Below are positions 25,557 to 35,234 of a DNA stretch of 64,000 bases, in pieces; positions within the stretch are counted from its first letter, which is position 1, and every line of letters starts with the position of its first letter. The position numbers were made by a program, and so were the translations under genes. The stretch comes from Escherichia phage saus132. The stretch is from sequence record NC_047884.1. One strand, 5' to 3'. The notes under the pieces were generated by a model. The model ran no database searches and was not told the origin of the DNA. It worked only from the letters and a program-made list of their open reading frames with translations.

Positions 25557-27431
25557 ATGAATCGCAATGAAGAACTAAAATATAAAGGAATGCAGTCCTT
25601 AATTCGAAACTGCAAAGAAATTATCGAAGGTTCAGCAGATGAAGAGCTGCTGTTTAATAATGCCAATAAGCCCTCAGAACGTTTCCCTACACAAAGGGAT
25701 ATGCTTGCAGGGGAATTGAGTAAATATCTGATTCTGGAAGAAATGCCAATCCAGATTCGAAATGCTCACATGATTGGTGATATTCACTTCCATGATGCTG
25801 ATTACGCTGCGTTAGGTATGACTAACTGTTGCCTGGTTGCTTTGGAAGATATGTTGAAGAATGGTATGAAGGTTGGTAATGCTGAAATCAGTACGCCAAA
25901 CTCCATTACTACTGCGGCTGCTATTACAGCTCAGATTATCACTCAGGTTAGCTCACACCAATATGGTGGTACTTCTGTAGACCGATTAGATGAAGTATTG
26001 GCTCCTTATGTTCGTAAGTCTTACGATAAGAATCATGCGTTTGCAAAACGTTGGACTAAGGATGAAGCCAAAGCATCTGTAATGGCTACGGAAATGACTG
26101 AGAAAGAAGTTTACGATGCCTGTCAAGGTCTAGAGTATGAAATCAATACGATGTTCAACTCTAATGGTCAGAGTCCATTTATTACCTTTGGTTTTGGTCT
26201 AGGAACTTCCTGGGAAGCACGTCTTGTACAGAAAGCAATCTTAGAAGTGCGTATGGATGGTTTGGGTATCAATAAACGTACAGCTATCTTCCCTAAACTG
26301 GTATTTGTTTTGCGTGATGGCGTAAATATGAAACCTGGTGATGTTAACTATGATATCAAGAAGTTAGCTATGAAATGTACTGCTGAACGTATGTATCCTG
26401 ACTACATCAGTTATGATAAGGTTGTAGAAGTTACGGGAGACTACAAAGTCTCTATGGGCTGTCGTTCATTCCTGGCTGCTGCGGAAGATGGTGAAACTTC
26501 TGGTCGTAACAACTTAGGCGTTGTTTCCGTAAACCTTCCTCGAATCGCTATCGAAGCGGAAGGAAATATTGATCTATTCTTCGATCTGCTTGAGCTGCGT
26601 GTGGATACCGCGTTAAAAGCATTGGAGTGGAGGGTTGATCGCTTAAAATACATCCAAGCTAAAGCTGCGCCCATCCTCTATATGTCAGGAGCCTTTGGAT
26701 TACGTCTGGGGCCAGATGAATATGTGTTTGATCATTTCTACAAGCGTGCTTCTGTATCTCTAGGATATATTGGTTGCCACGAAATGTTGCAGCTCATGTT
26801 TGGTAAAGATGTAGATACAATGTCTGAGTCTTGTATCAAGTTCGTTCAACGTGTGCTACAATACATGCGTGATCGTGCTGATCAGAAGAAGGAAGAGACT
26901 CAATTAGGGTATAGTCTGTATGCTACACCATCTGAATCTCTATGTGATCGCTTCTGTCGTCTAGATCGTGAGTATTTCCCAGAGCATGAAGATATTCTGG
27001 CTAAAGGATATTACACTAACTCTCATCACCTTGATGTGGAGCGTAAGGTTGCTCCGAACGTGAAGTTCGATTATGAGTCTAACTTTACCCCAATTGCTTC
27101 TGGTGGGTGCATTTCCTATGTGGAATTGCCTGATATGAAACGATTCCCAGATGCGCTGGAGTGGGTTATTAACTATGCTGCAAGTAAAGTTCATTACTTC
27201 GGTATTAATACTCCAGTAGACTCTTGTGGGGAATGTGGATTCTTGGGTGAAACTATAGCTTCTGAGGATGGTTTCAAATGCCCAATTTGTGGCAACCATG
27301 ATCCTGAGACTCTTGAGGTAACTCGTCGAGTTTGCGGATATCTTGGAAATCCAGGTGCTCGTCCATTTAACCCAGGTAAACAACATGAGGTTATGGGTCG
27401 AGTGAAACATCAGGACATTCGCGCTAAATAA
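25557..27431 (+). CDS. nrdD: anaerobic ribonucleoside-triphosphate reductase
   Basis: C-terminal glycyl-radical motif RVCGYLG and CPICGNHD zinc site; SD GGAGGG. Confidence 0.85.
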   Translation: MNRNEELKYKGMQSLIRNCKEIIEGSADEELLFNNANKPSERFPTQRDMLAGELSKYLILEEMPIQIRNAHMIGDIHFHDADYAALGMTNCCLVALEDMLKNGMKVGNAEISTPNSITTAAAITAQIITQVSSHQYGGTSVDRLDEVLAPYVRKSYDKNHAFAKRWTKDEAKASVMATEMTEKEVYDACQGLEYEINTMFNSNGQSPFITFGFGLGTSWEARLVQKAILEVRMDGLGINKRTAIFPKLVFVLRDGVNMKPGDVNYDIKKLAMKCTAERMYPDYISYDKVVEVTGDYKVSMGCRSFLAAAEDGETSGRNNLGVVSVNLPRIAIEAEGNIDLFFDLLELRVDTALKALEWRVDRLKYIQAKAAPILYMSGAFGLRLGPDEYVFDHFYKRASVSLGYIGCHEMLQLMFGKDVDTMSESCIKFVQRVLQYMRDRADQKKEETQLGYSLYATPSESLCDRFCRLDREYFPEHEDILAKGYYTNSHHLDVERKVAPNVKFDYESNFTPIASGGCISYVELPDMKRFPDALEWVINYAASKVHYFGINTPVDSCGECGFLGETIASEDGFKCPICGNHDPETLEVTRRVCGYLGNPGARPFNPGKQHEVMGRVKHQDIRAK

Positions 27432-27436
27432 TGAAT

Positions 27437-27470
27437 CAGCCAGGTTGCTAGTCGACCTGGCTTTTATTTT
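27437..27470 (+). terminator. rho-independent terminator after nrdD
   Basis: Hairpin AGCCAGGT...ACCTGGCT then TTTTATTTT. Confidence 0.7.
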
Positions 27471-27473
27471 ATT

Positions 27474-27502
27474 TGCTTTCGAGCTAAAACTTAGGTATAA
27501 TT
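27474..27502 (+). promoter_or_regulatory. promoter
   Basis: -35 TTGCTT, 17 bp, -10 TATAAT. Confidence 0.6.
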
Positions 27503-27518
27503 GTACAAGGAGGGCTAA

Positions 27519-28205
27519 ATGGTACGAAGGAAGTTAGATAAAGACACTATCAATAAAGATTTAGAGCCTAGAAGAATTAAGCTAATAAGTGAGTATTCTG
27601 GAATCCTTAATAAAGGCACATTCATATGTAGTGTAGGTCATACATGGGAAGCTACTGTTAATAATGTAAGGAATAGCAAATCTGGCTGTCCAATATGCGC
27701 AGGTACTTTTAAACTTACTAAAGATTCGGTAAATGAAGGGTTACGTAGTAGGGGTATTACTCTTATTGGAGAGTATAAAAATAATGCTACTAAAACTCTT
27801 TTTGAATGTGAGCATGGGCATAGGTGGGAAGCCACAGTAGGCAATGTAAAGAATAAAAATTCTGGGTGTCCTGTGTGCGATACTGATTGGAATACCCCTG
27901 GTTTTATATACATTATGTGTAGTAGTATGGGAACTAAAATAGGAATTAGTATCTCTCCTGAAAGACGGTGGAAAGAGATAGTTAAAAGCTCCAATATACT
28001 AGATTTATATATTTTTGGTGTCTATTCAATAGATTCTGGTACCAAATCTAAAAGTAGGTCTATCGAGAAACAGACTCATGAATATTTTTCAGAATATAGA
28101 TTAAAGTATACAGGATTTGCTGGATGTACTGAATTCTTTGATATATCTCCCATAGCCGTAGAAAAGCACTTAATTAATAATGGGTGTATAAAGGTAGAAA
28201 AATAA
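27519..28205 (+). CDS. zinc-ribbon repeat protein with C-terminal T5orf172 (GIY-YIG-like) domain
   Basis: Two repeats CxxGHxWEATVxNVxNxxSGCPxC, then GFIYIMCSSMGTKIGIS. Confidence 0.5.
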   Translation: MVRRKLDKDTINKDLEPRRIKLISEYSGILNKGTFICSVGHTWEATVNNVRNSKSGCPICAGTFKLTKDSVNEGLRSRGITLIGEYKNNATKTLFECEHGHRWEATVGNVKNKNSGCPVCDTDWNTPGFIYIMCSSMGTKIGISISPERRWKEIVKSSNILDLYIFGVYSIDSGTKSKSRSIEKQTHEYFSEYRLKYTGFAGCTEFFDISPIAVEKHLINNGCIKVEK

Positions 28206-28214
28206 ATAAAGTAC

Positions 28215-28245
28215 TTGCTTATATTACTTTTATTTGATATTATAT
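28215..28245 (+). promoter_or_regulatory. promoter
   Basis: -35 TTGCTT, about 17 bp, AT-rich -10, conserved UTR-like sequence. Confidence 0.5.
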
Positions 28246-28270
28246 TATTATAAATTAGAGAGGAGGGTGT

Positions 28271-28630
28271 ATGAAATTAAAACCATTTATTGTTGTATCT
28301 AAACTAGGGCATTATCACGTAGGAGTAGATACAATTCAGGAAGCTATTTTTGCTGCTACAGGTGATTACTCATTACTAGAAGGTATTGGGTATCCTACAT
28401 TACTAGGAGACTTCGTAGAGCAAGAACTAGATATTACTGTCTATAATCCTATATATGAAGAACCTGAAGACTTAAAAGAGACTCTAGAATTTGTATACTG
28501 GAACCACTTACAAGTATTTAATGTTACCTCTAATGGCACAGAGGATTTCTCTTCTGCTATTAAGTATTATATTAAACAAGTTTACTATGATTATTTCTAT
28601 GAGGATATTGGAGCGGAGCTAAAAGTATGA
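28271..28630 (+). CDS. hypothetical protein (119 aa)
   Basis: ORF with SD GAGGAGGG. Confidence 0.5.
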   Translation: MKLKPFIVVSKLGHYHVGVDTIQEAIFAATGDYSLLEGIGYPTLLGDFVEQELDITVYNPIYEEPEDLKETLEFVYWNHLQVFNVTSNGTEDFSSAIKYYIKQVYYDYFYEDIGAELKV

Positions 28631-28830
28631 AAAACGTAAAACATCTTAAGTATCGCTTAATTTACAACGGACGTATGGAAATAGAAGATCTAGCTCAGCT
28701 AGCGATCAATTCAGATGAAGTTACAGTTCGTGCTTTGTCCATCGAGAAGCTGCGTGCTTCTTACGAAAATCGTATTATGGAATTAGAGGAGAAACTTTAT
28801 GGCATTCTCGAGTCAGAAGCTACCAGGTGA
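28627..28830 (+). CDS. hypothetical protein (67 aa)
   Basis: ORF overlapping upstream stop. Confidence 0.4.
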   Translation: MKNVKHLKYRLIYNGRMEIEDLAQLAINSDEVTVRALSIEKLRASYENRIMELEEKLYGILESEATR

Positions 28831-29044
28831 AAATGTTAGTCTTATTGATCTGAATAAGCTCAATCAAGAGTTTCAGGGAGTTTTAATGAAGCACTGGGAA
28901 ACTGGTTATAAGGATGGTGTTGAATCCTGTGCTACTATGCTAGAAGTTCTTGCTGATAACCTAGTGGAGAAAGGCAATAAAGAATTAGCTGAGCTGTTAG
29001 ACAGTATTGGGCAAAACTTTAGAGAACAGGTGAAAAATGCGTAG
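28799..29044 (+). CDS. hypothetical protein (81 aa)
   Basis: ORF. Confidence 0.4.
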   Translation: MAFSSQKLPGENVSLIDLNKLNQEFQGVLMKHWETGYKDGVESCATMLEVLADNLVEKGNKELAELLDSIGQNFREQVKNA

Positions 29045-29888
29045 ACTAATCGTTGTTAGTGGTGCAGGTTTGAGTGTAGATAGTGGTGTTCGTGCTTTCC
29101 GTACTGATACTGCTAGTGGGAAATCCTTGTGGGATGAGTACGATCTAGAGGAAGTATGTAGCTTGCCTAACTTTGAAGCTGGCTTCCGTCGCTTCTGTGG
29201 TGAAGATGATCCTAACTACTTCAGTGCTCGTTTCCCTGGCATTGATGAAGATGGTAACGATCTGTATCTCAAGACTCATGAGTTCTACAACATGCGTCGT
29301 CAGGAATTACAGACTGTTGAGCCTAACATTGCCCATCTGCGAATTGCAGAATGGTTCCAGCGTTATGGTGCGGATAGCGTGAAGAACTTCACTACTAACG
29401 TTGATGACCTTCTGGAGCGCGCTGGTATCCCTCGTGATGAAATCATCCATGCTCACGGATACTTGAAAGAGGTGATCTATCGTCGGGGTCGCAATCAAAT
29501 CATCGAAGATGTTGGATACACTGCAATTGTTCCTGAAGATTACGAATGGGTAAAACCAAACGTGGTGTTCTTTGGTGAAACAGCTCCGTGGTACATGGGT
29601 CAGATCAACCTGTTTGATACGCTTACTAGCAATGATATGGTTATTGTGGTGGGTTGTAGCAACCAAGTTATCAACTTCAACTGGGAATTATTCCCTGCTG
29701 TATGTCGTGGAACTAAGATGATGGTTGTTAACCCTCAAGTTCGTTATGATGAACAGCTTGAGTATGAGAAACGTGGTGTTACTGTATGGCGGGCTGGAGC
29801 TGCCGAAGTTTTTGGTAACAAGAATTTCATTGGTCAAGTAGAAGCCTTTATGGAAGGAACTATTTATGCACCGCAAGAGCATGTGTGA
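29037..29888 (+). CDS. SIR2-like NAD-binding protein (283 aa)
   Basis: VVSGAGLSVDSGVRAFR NAD-binding motif and IHAHGY catalytic His region; no clear CxxC...CxxC zinc ribbon. Confidence 0.6.
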   Translation: MRRLIVVSGAGLSVDSGVRAFRTDTASGKSLWDEYDLEEVCSLPNFEAGFRRFCGEDDPNYFSARFPGIDEDGNDLYLKTHEFYNMRRQELQTVEPNIAHLRIAEWFQRYGADSVKNFTTNVDDLLERAGIPRDEIIHAHGYLKEVIYRRGRNQIIEDVGYTAIVPEDYEWVKPNVVFFGETAPWYMGQINLFDTLTSNDMVIVVGCSNQVINFNWELFPAVCRGTKMMVVNPQVRYDEQLEYEKRGVTVWRAGAAEVFGNKNFIGQVEAFMEGTIYAPQEHV

Positions 29889-30048
29889 TCTTTTAGTATG
29901 GCCGGACGGTAGTTGGTGCTACCGTTTCGAATTTGCTACCGATGACTTCTCATGGAAGAGTGATGATTTCTGCGTTATCTATGAGGATACAGCAGAATGG
30001 AAAGAGTTCCTTATTAAGGAGGGAGAATATGGTGAAGAAGATTTTTAA
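29866..30048 (+). CDS. hypothetical protein (60 aa)
   Basis: ORF. Confidence 0.35.
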   Translation: MHRKSMCDLLVWPDGSWCYRFEFATDDFSWKSDDFCVIYEDTAEWKEFLIKEGEYGEEDF

Positions 30049-30214
30049 GGGTATCTGGAAGGGTCTAGTATGGTTTGTCAACCTAATTGGTATGATTACC
30101 ATTTATTCTCTGTTCCTATCTGTTATGTGGGGTAAAGGTGAGCTGAAGGTTCCGGTTCCTTTTACTGATGAAGTTAAAGTCTGGACGTGGGATGCTACTG
30201 GTGGAAATAAGTAA
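30029..30214 (+). CDS. small membrane protein (61 aa)
   Basis: ATG after SD AAGGAGGGAG; hydrophobic core. Confidence 0.4.
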   Translation: MVKKIFKGIWKGLVWFVNLIGMITIYSLFLSVMWGKGELKVPVPFTDEVKVWTWDATGGNK

Positions 30215-30707
30215 TACTCCTGTGATTTTCCTGGATATTGATGGGGTACTCAATTCGAGCATCTCTCACCATCATGCTCTAGACAGTGAAAAGCTGTTCT
30301 TTGGCAGTGATTGGGTTTATAAGCCATTACTCCAGGTTTTTCAGAACTTTCTTAAACCCTCCCCAATAATGATTGTTGGGGTCTCTTCATGGTTTTCTGT
30401 ACGAAATGAAATGGAGAACGTTCAGATTATGACCGGACTCGGTTTGATCGATCGTTTCCTTGGTACAACAGATTTTACTGGAGGTGGTTTATATCGGGGT
30501 AATTCTGTTTTACGTTTCGTCGAAAAACATAAGCTCAAGCATTGGTGTGTCTTAGACGATGCTGGTGCTATGATGTATCAATTTCCTACTGTTATTGTAA
30601 ATGGCAGGACTGGAGTAAACCTTCAAGATTTAAATGCTATAAGCTATATGCTGGAATTTAGTCCAGATCTTGAAATGTGTAAGGCTCTTCAGAAACTTAA
30701 GGTATAA
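30168..30707 (+). CDS. HAD-superfamily phosphatase-like protein
   Basis: N-terminal VIFLDIDGVLN (DxDG) motif; start may be ATG at 30192. Confidence 0.5.
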   Translation: MKLKSGRGMLLVEISNTPVIFLDIDGVLNSSISHHHALDSEKLFFGSDWVYKPLLQVFQNFLKPSPIMIVGVSSWFSVRNEMENVQIMTGLGLIDRFLGTTDFTGGGLYRGNSVLRFVEKHKLKHWCVLDDAGAMMYQFPTVIVNGRTGVNLQDLNAISYMLEFSPDLEMCKALQKLKV

Positions 30708-30709
30708 GC

Positions 30710-31138
30710 ATGTTCAATAATATTTTCATGAAAGAGGTAAATCCTATGCTCCTCAACTTCTGGCGTTCTCTCCCTAATGGTATGTATAATGAAACCATCA
30801 ATCTGCTTAAGATTTGGTGTGAGAATAATGATATCTTCTTATCCTTTAAAGGCCCACTAGAGGAAGCTCCATGTATTGGAGTTAGTGTGGATTTAGGTGA
30901 GGGAGTAGAAGAGATTGTAGACTGGAAAGAACTCGATGAAATGGGTCTGGTTTTTGCCTTAAATCATAAGCTGTTTATGCCTGCAAATCACCGTCTTATT
31001 GTAAATTATCGCACTGGTGAAGCTCCTGCTTTCCAGGTAAATGAACGTGAGGGCTGGTCATATTCGCCCGAGGAAGTAAATGAGGGGATTCAGAAACTTC
31101 GTCGTTTCGGGTATATGATCCCAGGTTTAACTGCTTAA
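30710..31138 (+). CDS. hypothetical protein (142 aa), paralog of next gene
   Basis: Shares FALNxxxF...ETGExP and LxRxGxxxPGL motifs with 31148-31543. Confidence 0.5.
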   Translation: MFNNIFMKEVNPMLLNFWRSLPNGMYNETINLLKIWCENNDIFLSFKGPLEEAPCIGVSVDLGEGVEEIVDWKELDEMGLVFALNHKLFMPANHRLIVNYRTGEAPAFQVNEREGWSYSPEEVNEGIQKLRRFGYMIPGLTA

Positions 31139-31147
31139 GGAGGCAGA

Positions 31148-31543
31148 ATGGAACAAGTATTTTGGCGTCAGATAGATCCTAGTTTGGTAGAGCGTGCTGA
31201 GGGGCTCCTTGCACGTTGGTTGGGGGTTGACAAGGTTAGTGTAACATTTCCGTTTACTTCTGTAACAGACCCTAGTGTAGGTGTCTTTGTGGACGAAGAT
31301 GAAGATGATGGTTGGGAAGCTGACTGGAATGAATTGTCCAGTATGGGCTTGATTGTTGCCCTCAACTTCTCTATATTCCATCCACGTGGCTTAGCCATTA
31401 CACGTGACCCCGAAACTGGTGAATCCCCTTATCTTTTGCAAGTAGAAGATGATATTTGGGAGTACACCGAAGATATTCTCGAAGAAGCTAAAGGTCAATT
31501 AAATCGCATTGGGATCTATGTTCCAGGCCTAAATGATGATTGA
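31148..31543 (+). CDS. hypothetical protein (131 aa), paralog of previous gene
   Basis: Tandem paralog; SD AAGGAGG. Confidence 0.5.
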   Translation: MEQVFWRQIDPSLVERAEGLLARWLGVDKVSVTFPFTSVTDPSVGVFVDEDEDDGWEADWNELSSMGLIVALNFSIFHPRGLAITRDPETGESPYLLQVEDDIWEYTEDILEEAKGQLNRIGIYVPGLNDD

Positions 31544-31634
31544 TTTTCATTAGTCCAATCCTGATTACCGAGTCATTTTGGCTCGGTTTTCTCTGTGCTC
31601 AAAGACACTGATAGCACCTTCGGAAAAATTTTAC

Positions 31635-31663
31635 TTGCAGGATGCTCAAAATCTTGATATAAT
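31635..31663 (+). promoter_or_regulatory. promoter with conserved UTR-like sequence but no ORF for about 500 nt
   Basis: -35 TTGCAG, 17 bp, -10 TATAAT. Confidence 0.55.
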
Positions 31664-32159
31664 ATTTATATTGAATTGAGAGACATTAGTAAAAATTGAT
31701 TTTGCTAATTTTTCTTGTTTACAATCCGCAATACGGAACAGTTAGGCTGCCCCATTAAGGGTTGTTTTAACTATTACTAGTGTTTATACTGCATTAGTTA
31801 ATTATCAATTAAGTGATCTGCGTACCCTGAATTCGGAAAGGTAAATCCAAACCGTGCATATTTAGCTCGTTATATAGGCAGAGCTTTATATGGGGGTGCG
31901 AACGAAAAGAGCAGCGAATGGTGACACGTCCAGTAGCCACCTACCAATAGGATAGTGAGGGCAATCAGAATCGGCTTAGCGGCCAATGACCTAGGTTCTG
32001 ATCTGGATAAGAGTTAAGAGAGCGCAGCACTGAGGTATGATAACTTATTCATACTGCTTGATGATGATTAATGTTTGTGTAAATGGTAGTAATAGTTGTT
32101 CTATTCTTTTGAATAGTCCTAAAGAAAGATATCCGAATAACCAACATAGGAGTATTGTT

Positions 32160-34949
32160 GTGTTCTCAATCCTACAAGGTCACGCAGGATTTTCCAGAGA
32201 TAAAGCCACTGGCATCTGGAAAGAGATCAAAGTGGAAGACTACACCTTTGCAAAGCGATTCTCTAAAGAGCATCCAGAAGGTAAACCAGCTTCCATGCCC
32301 TTCAAATTTGATGTACTTGAAGAACTTGACCCGCAAAACCTTGCTGAAATGTTACCTATCATGCGTCGTCTTACCAAAGACCCGCATATTGTAGCTATTC
32401 GTGGTAAATGTTTAGCTCCAAAAGATAATGTGCGTCGTACCAGAGGAAACTTTAATGTATCCAATCCTAGTCATATTATTGCTATGGACGTGGATGGTAT
32501 TGTAGATACTGGTGGCTATGACAAGTTTAATCTTGTCGGCATGGCACGTCATATTATTAAGATGTTGAATAGTATTAGTGAGGATATGTTTCCTCTTGAT
32601 GCAGGGTTTATTGCTCATGCATCGTCTTCGGCTGGCTTAAAACCAGGTATCCGAATGCACTTAATGCTAGAATCTAATGTCAAGGTAACGCAGGGGCAAT
32701 TAAAATTCCTATTTACATCCATCAATGACAGTAGTAAGCAAAAGTATGGCTTTGATATTGCTGACTTAGCTTATTATTCTTCTGTTCAGCTTCACTATTT
32801 CGCAGATCCCTTATTTGATGATGGTATAGTCGATCCGTTTAAAGCGGAGAATAAACCACGTCTTGTGTATGTTAAGGGTTCGAAAGTGAATCTACCCAAT
32901 AACCTAGTTGACTTTGAAACAACTAGAGGTGAGTTTAAAGAAGAATTCTACTCCTTACTTGACCAAATTAAAGGCAAGAAGGCTGCATCTGATAAAGTGG
33001 AAGAAACCATCAGCGAACTAGAAGAAGCTGAGGATGGGGTGTACCTGCGTATTATCCCAAAACTTTATCACAGAGCGTTAGAAGATGGTGTTGACTTTAC
33101 GTGGTTAGAACGTGAGATTAAACCAGCTTTATCTGAGTATATTGCGACTAAAGATAATAGTCGTAATATTCAAGATTACTTTAATAACGGTCGTAAGCAG
33201 GCTCTCAAAGCCTTTGTAAATAACTCCAAACGTGAGATTCCACCAAACTTAAAAGGTGTACCATTAAAACGTCTAGACACAGATTCTCCACCAGAAGTTC
33301 CATACCTGAAAATTAACATTGTACCACCAAAAGGACATTTAACATTTGTTAAGGCAAGTCTTGGTACGGGTAAAACTACAGCAGTAACTAAGTGGCTAGA
33401 TGCAGGTGTTCTTCCAGGGAACTTTATTGCAATCACAAATACTAGGGCACTTGTATCTTCTAACGCGAAGAAATTCGGTGCTGGCCAGTATGATAAGTCA
33501 GTTGATATGCTGAACTTCAAACGTGGTGCTATTGATCGTATGTCTTCAACTATTCACTCTATCCATAAGTTCAAGAGCTTTGTGGGTCAGATTGATACGA
33601 TCTTTATTGATGAATGTGATGCAGTAATGAACGATCTGTTATTCGCTCCGGTTGTTAAAAACCGTCGTGAATGTATTCAGGTTCTTCGTGATATTCTTAT
33701 TACTGCAAAAACGGTGATCTTATCTGATGGGGATATCAGTGCAGAAACGATTGAAGCCTATGGTTCTTTGATTGATTTTGATAAACCGGTTGCGTTCTAT
33801 AATCATCACCGTAAAATGCTGGCAAAAGCTCATGCTTATGAATTCCCTGACGAATCCAGTATTTGGGTTGCACTTCAAACATCTCTAGAGATGGGTGAGA
33901 AGTCAATCCTAGTATCTGACTGTGGACCAGATGAACTGAATGAAAAGGGAATGGCATTACGTCGTAATACGGGTGCGTTAGTTAAAGAAATTCACTCAAA
34001 CTCTACGTCTGATGTAGATATCCGTCGTATTCTGGATTATACAACTAATGAGCTAATTGATCAACAGATTGATTGTTTGTTATGTAGTCCATCTGTAACG
34101 AGTGGTGTTGACTTTAACTATTTTGATAACGTATTCGTAATCACTAGAACCTCAAACCAAGCGCCAAACATGCGTTTTCAAGCAATCAGGCGCGACCGTG
34201 GTGCTCAGAACATTTATTATTTTATTGATAAATCTACGAGTGGATTTTCTGCGGGTTCCGAGCAATATAATATTGACGAAGGTTGGATTGAGTTAGCCCA
34301 ACAACTGTACGCACGTCGCCGTGAGCTGGAATCTAGAAACTATACCAGTACTTTGCGTTATTATCTTCTCGATCAAGGTGCAACTATCGATATTTTCAGC
34401 GAAAGCTGGGGAACTATCGAAGGTGCAGGCAAAGAGTATATAGAAGAGCGAATCAAAGCTATTTTGCACTCAACTCCTGAATATTGCGCACCACGTCATG
34501 CAGACGCCTATGAAGCCAAGTTACTTCTGGTTCGCTATTATCATCTGGATTCTATTAAAGATGTAATAGTGGAACACGTTGAACAGTATATTAAGGATAA
34601 ACCAAACGATAGAGCTGCATTCTTCCATAAGATGCACGACATGTTCTGGGAAGATATTAAAAAGTGTTCAAACGTAACAATCAAACCGTTTATCGAAGCT
34701 CTTAAGAATAAGAAGAAGGATTTCTTCCTTAAGACAGGTCAGAGCGCTAACCCAAAATATGCTCGTATGTATCTTGGCATGATGGGTATCGGTAAAGATC
34801 TGGATACGGAAAAGATTGTGGACTGGTACAGAACTTACTGTAAGATCGAATGTATGCCGATTCCAGTTAAGTTTATGACAGATGAAGAACGTCAGATGCA
34901 TGAGGAAGCTCTTGCTGAATTGGGGGCTAGAAATGACAGCGAAGAATAA
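32160..34949 (+). CDS. putative replication helicase / origin-binding protein (about 930 aa)
   Basis: Walker A FVKASLGTGKTT and Walker B IFIDECDA; start set at GTG 32160 after SD AGGAG (track start ATG 32037 has no SD). Confidence 0.55.
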   Translation: MFSILQGHAGFSRDKATGIWKEIKVEDYTFAKRFSKEHPEGKPASMPFKFDVLEELDPQNLAEMLPIMRRLTKDPHIVAIRGKCLAPKDNVRRTRGNFNVSNPSHIIAMDVDGIVDTGGYDKFNLVGMARHIIKMLNSISEDMFPLDAGFIAHASSSAGLKPGIRMHLMLESNVKVTQGQLKFLFTSINDSSKQKYGFDIADLAYYSSVQLHYFADPLFDDGIVDPFKAENKPRLVYVKGSKVNLPNNLVDFETTRGEFKEEFYSLLDQIKGKKAASDKVEETISELEEAEDGVYLRIIPKLYHRALEDGVDFTWLEREIKPALSEYIATKDNSRNIQDYFNNGRKQALKAFVNNSKREIPPNLKGVPLKRLDTDSPPEVPYLKINIVPPKGHLTFVKASLGTGKTTAVTKWLDAGVLPGNFIAITNTRALVSSNAKKFGAGQYDKSVDMLNFKRGAIDRMSSTIHSIHKFKSFVGQIDTIFIDECDAVMNDLLFAPVVKNRRECIQVLRDILITAKTVILSDGDISAETIEAYGSLIDFDKPVAFYNHHRKMLAKAHAYEFPDESSIWVALQTSLEMGEKSILVSDCGPDELNEKGMALRRNTGALVKEIHSNSTSDVDIRRILDYTTNELIDQQIDCLLCSPSVTSGVDFNYFDNVFVITRTSNQAPNMRFQAIRRDRGAQNIYYFIDKSTSGFSAGSEQYNIDEGWIELAQQLYARRRELESRNYTSTLRYYLLDQGATIDIFSESWGTIEGAGKEYIEERIKAILHSTPEYCAPRHADAYEAKLLLVRYYHLDSIKDVIVEHVEQYIKDKPNDRAAFFHKMHDMFWEDIKKCSNVTIKPFIEALKNKKKDFFLKTGQSANPKYARMYLGMMGIGKDLDTEKIVDWYRTYCKIECMPIPVKFMTDEERQMHEEALAELGARNDSEE

Positions 34950-35166
34950 AAAGTGGGAAACAAGGAAGTTTCCCGTAAAAGAACGTAAAACTTCTGTTTA
35001 CGATACTGCGGAGAAACTATGTAGGGTTGTACCACCTCGTCTCGCGGGCATCCCTAACGTCTCCATATGGTTACTTAAACAACGGAAGACTCGTGTGTCT
35101 CTTCGCATTGGCTTTGAGTTAGATAAAGTCTATGCTGAACTTGCTTCTTTGCTCAAAGAATCGTAA
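34932..35166 (+). CDS. hypothetical basic protein (78 aa)
   Basis: ORF overlapping helicase stop. Confidence 0.35.
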
Positions 35167-35174
35167 AAATTTAT

Positions 35175-35203
35175 TTGCTTTCAGAAAAATTTTTCTGTAT
35201 AAT
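35175..35203 (+). promoter_or_regulatory. promoter
   Basis: -35 TTGCTT, 17 bp, -10 TATAAT, conserved UTR and SD. Confidence 0.65.
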
Positions 35204-35234
35204 AGATTCATAAATTTGAGAGAGGAGTTTAAAT

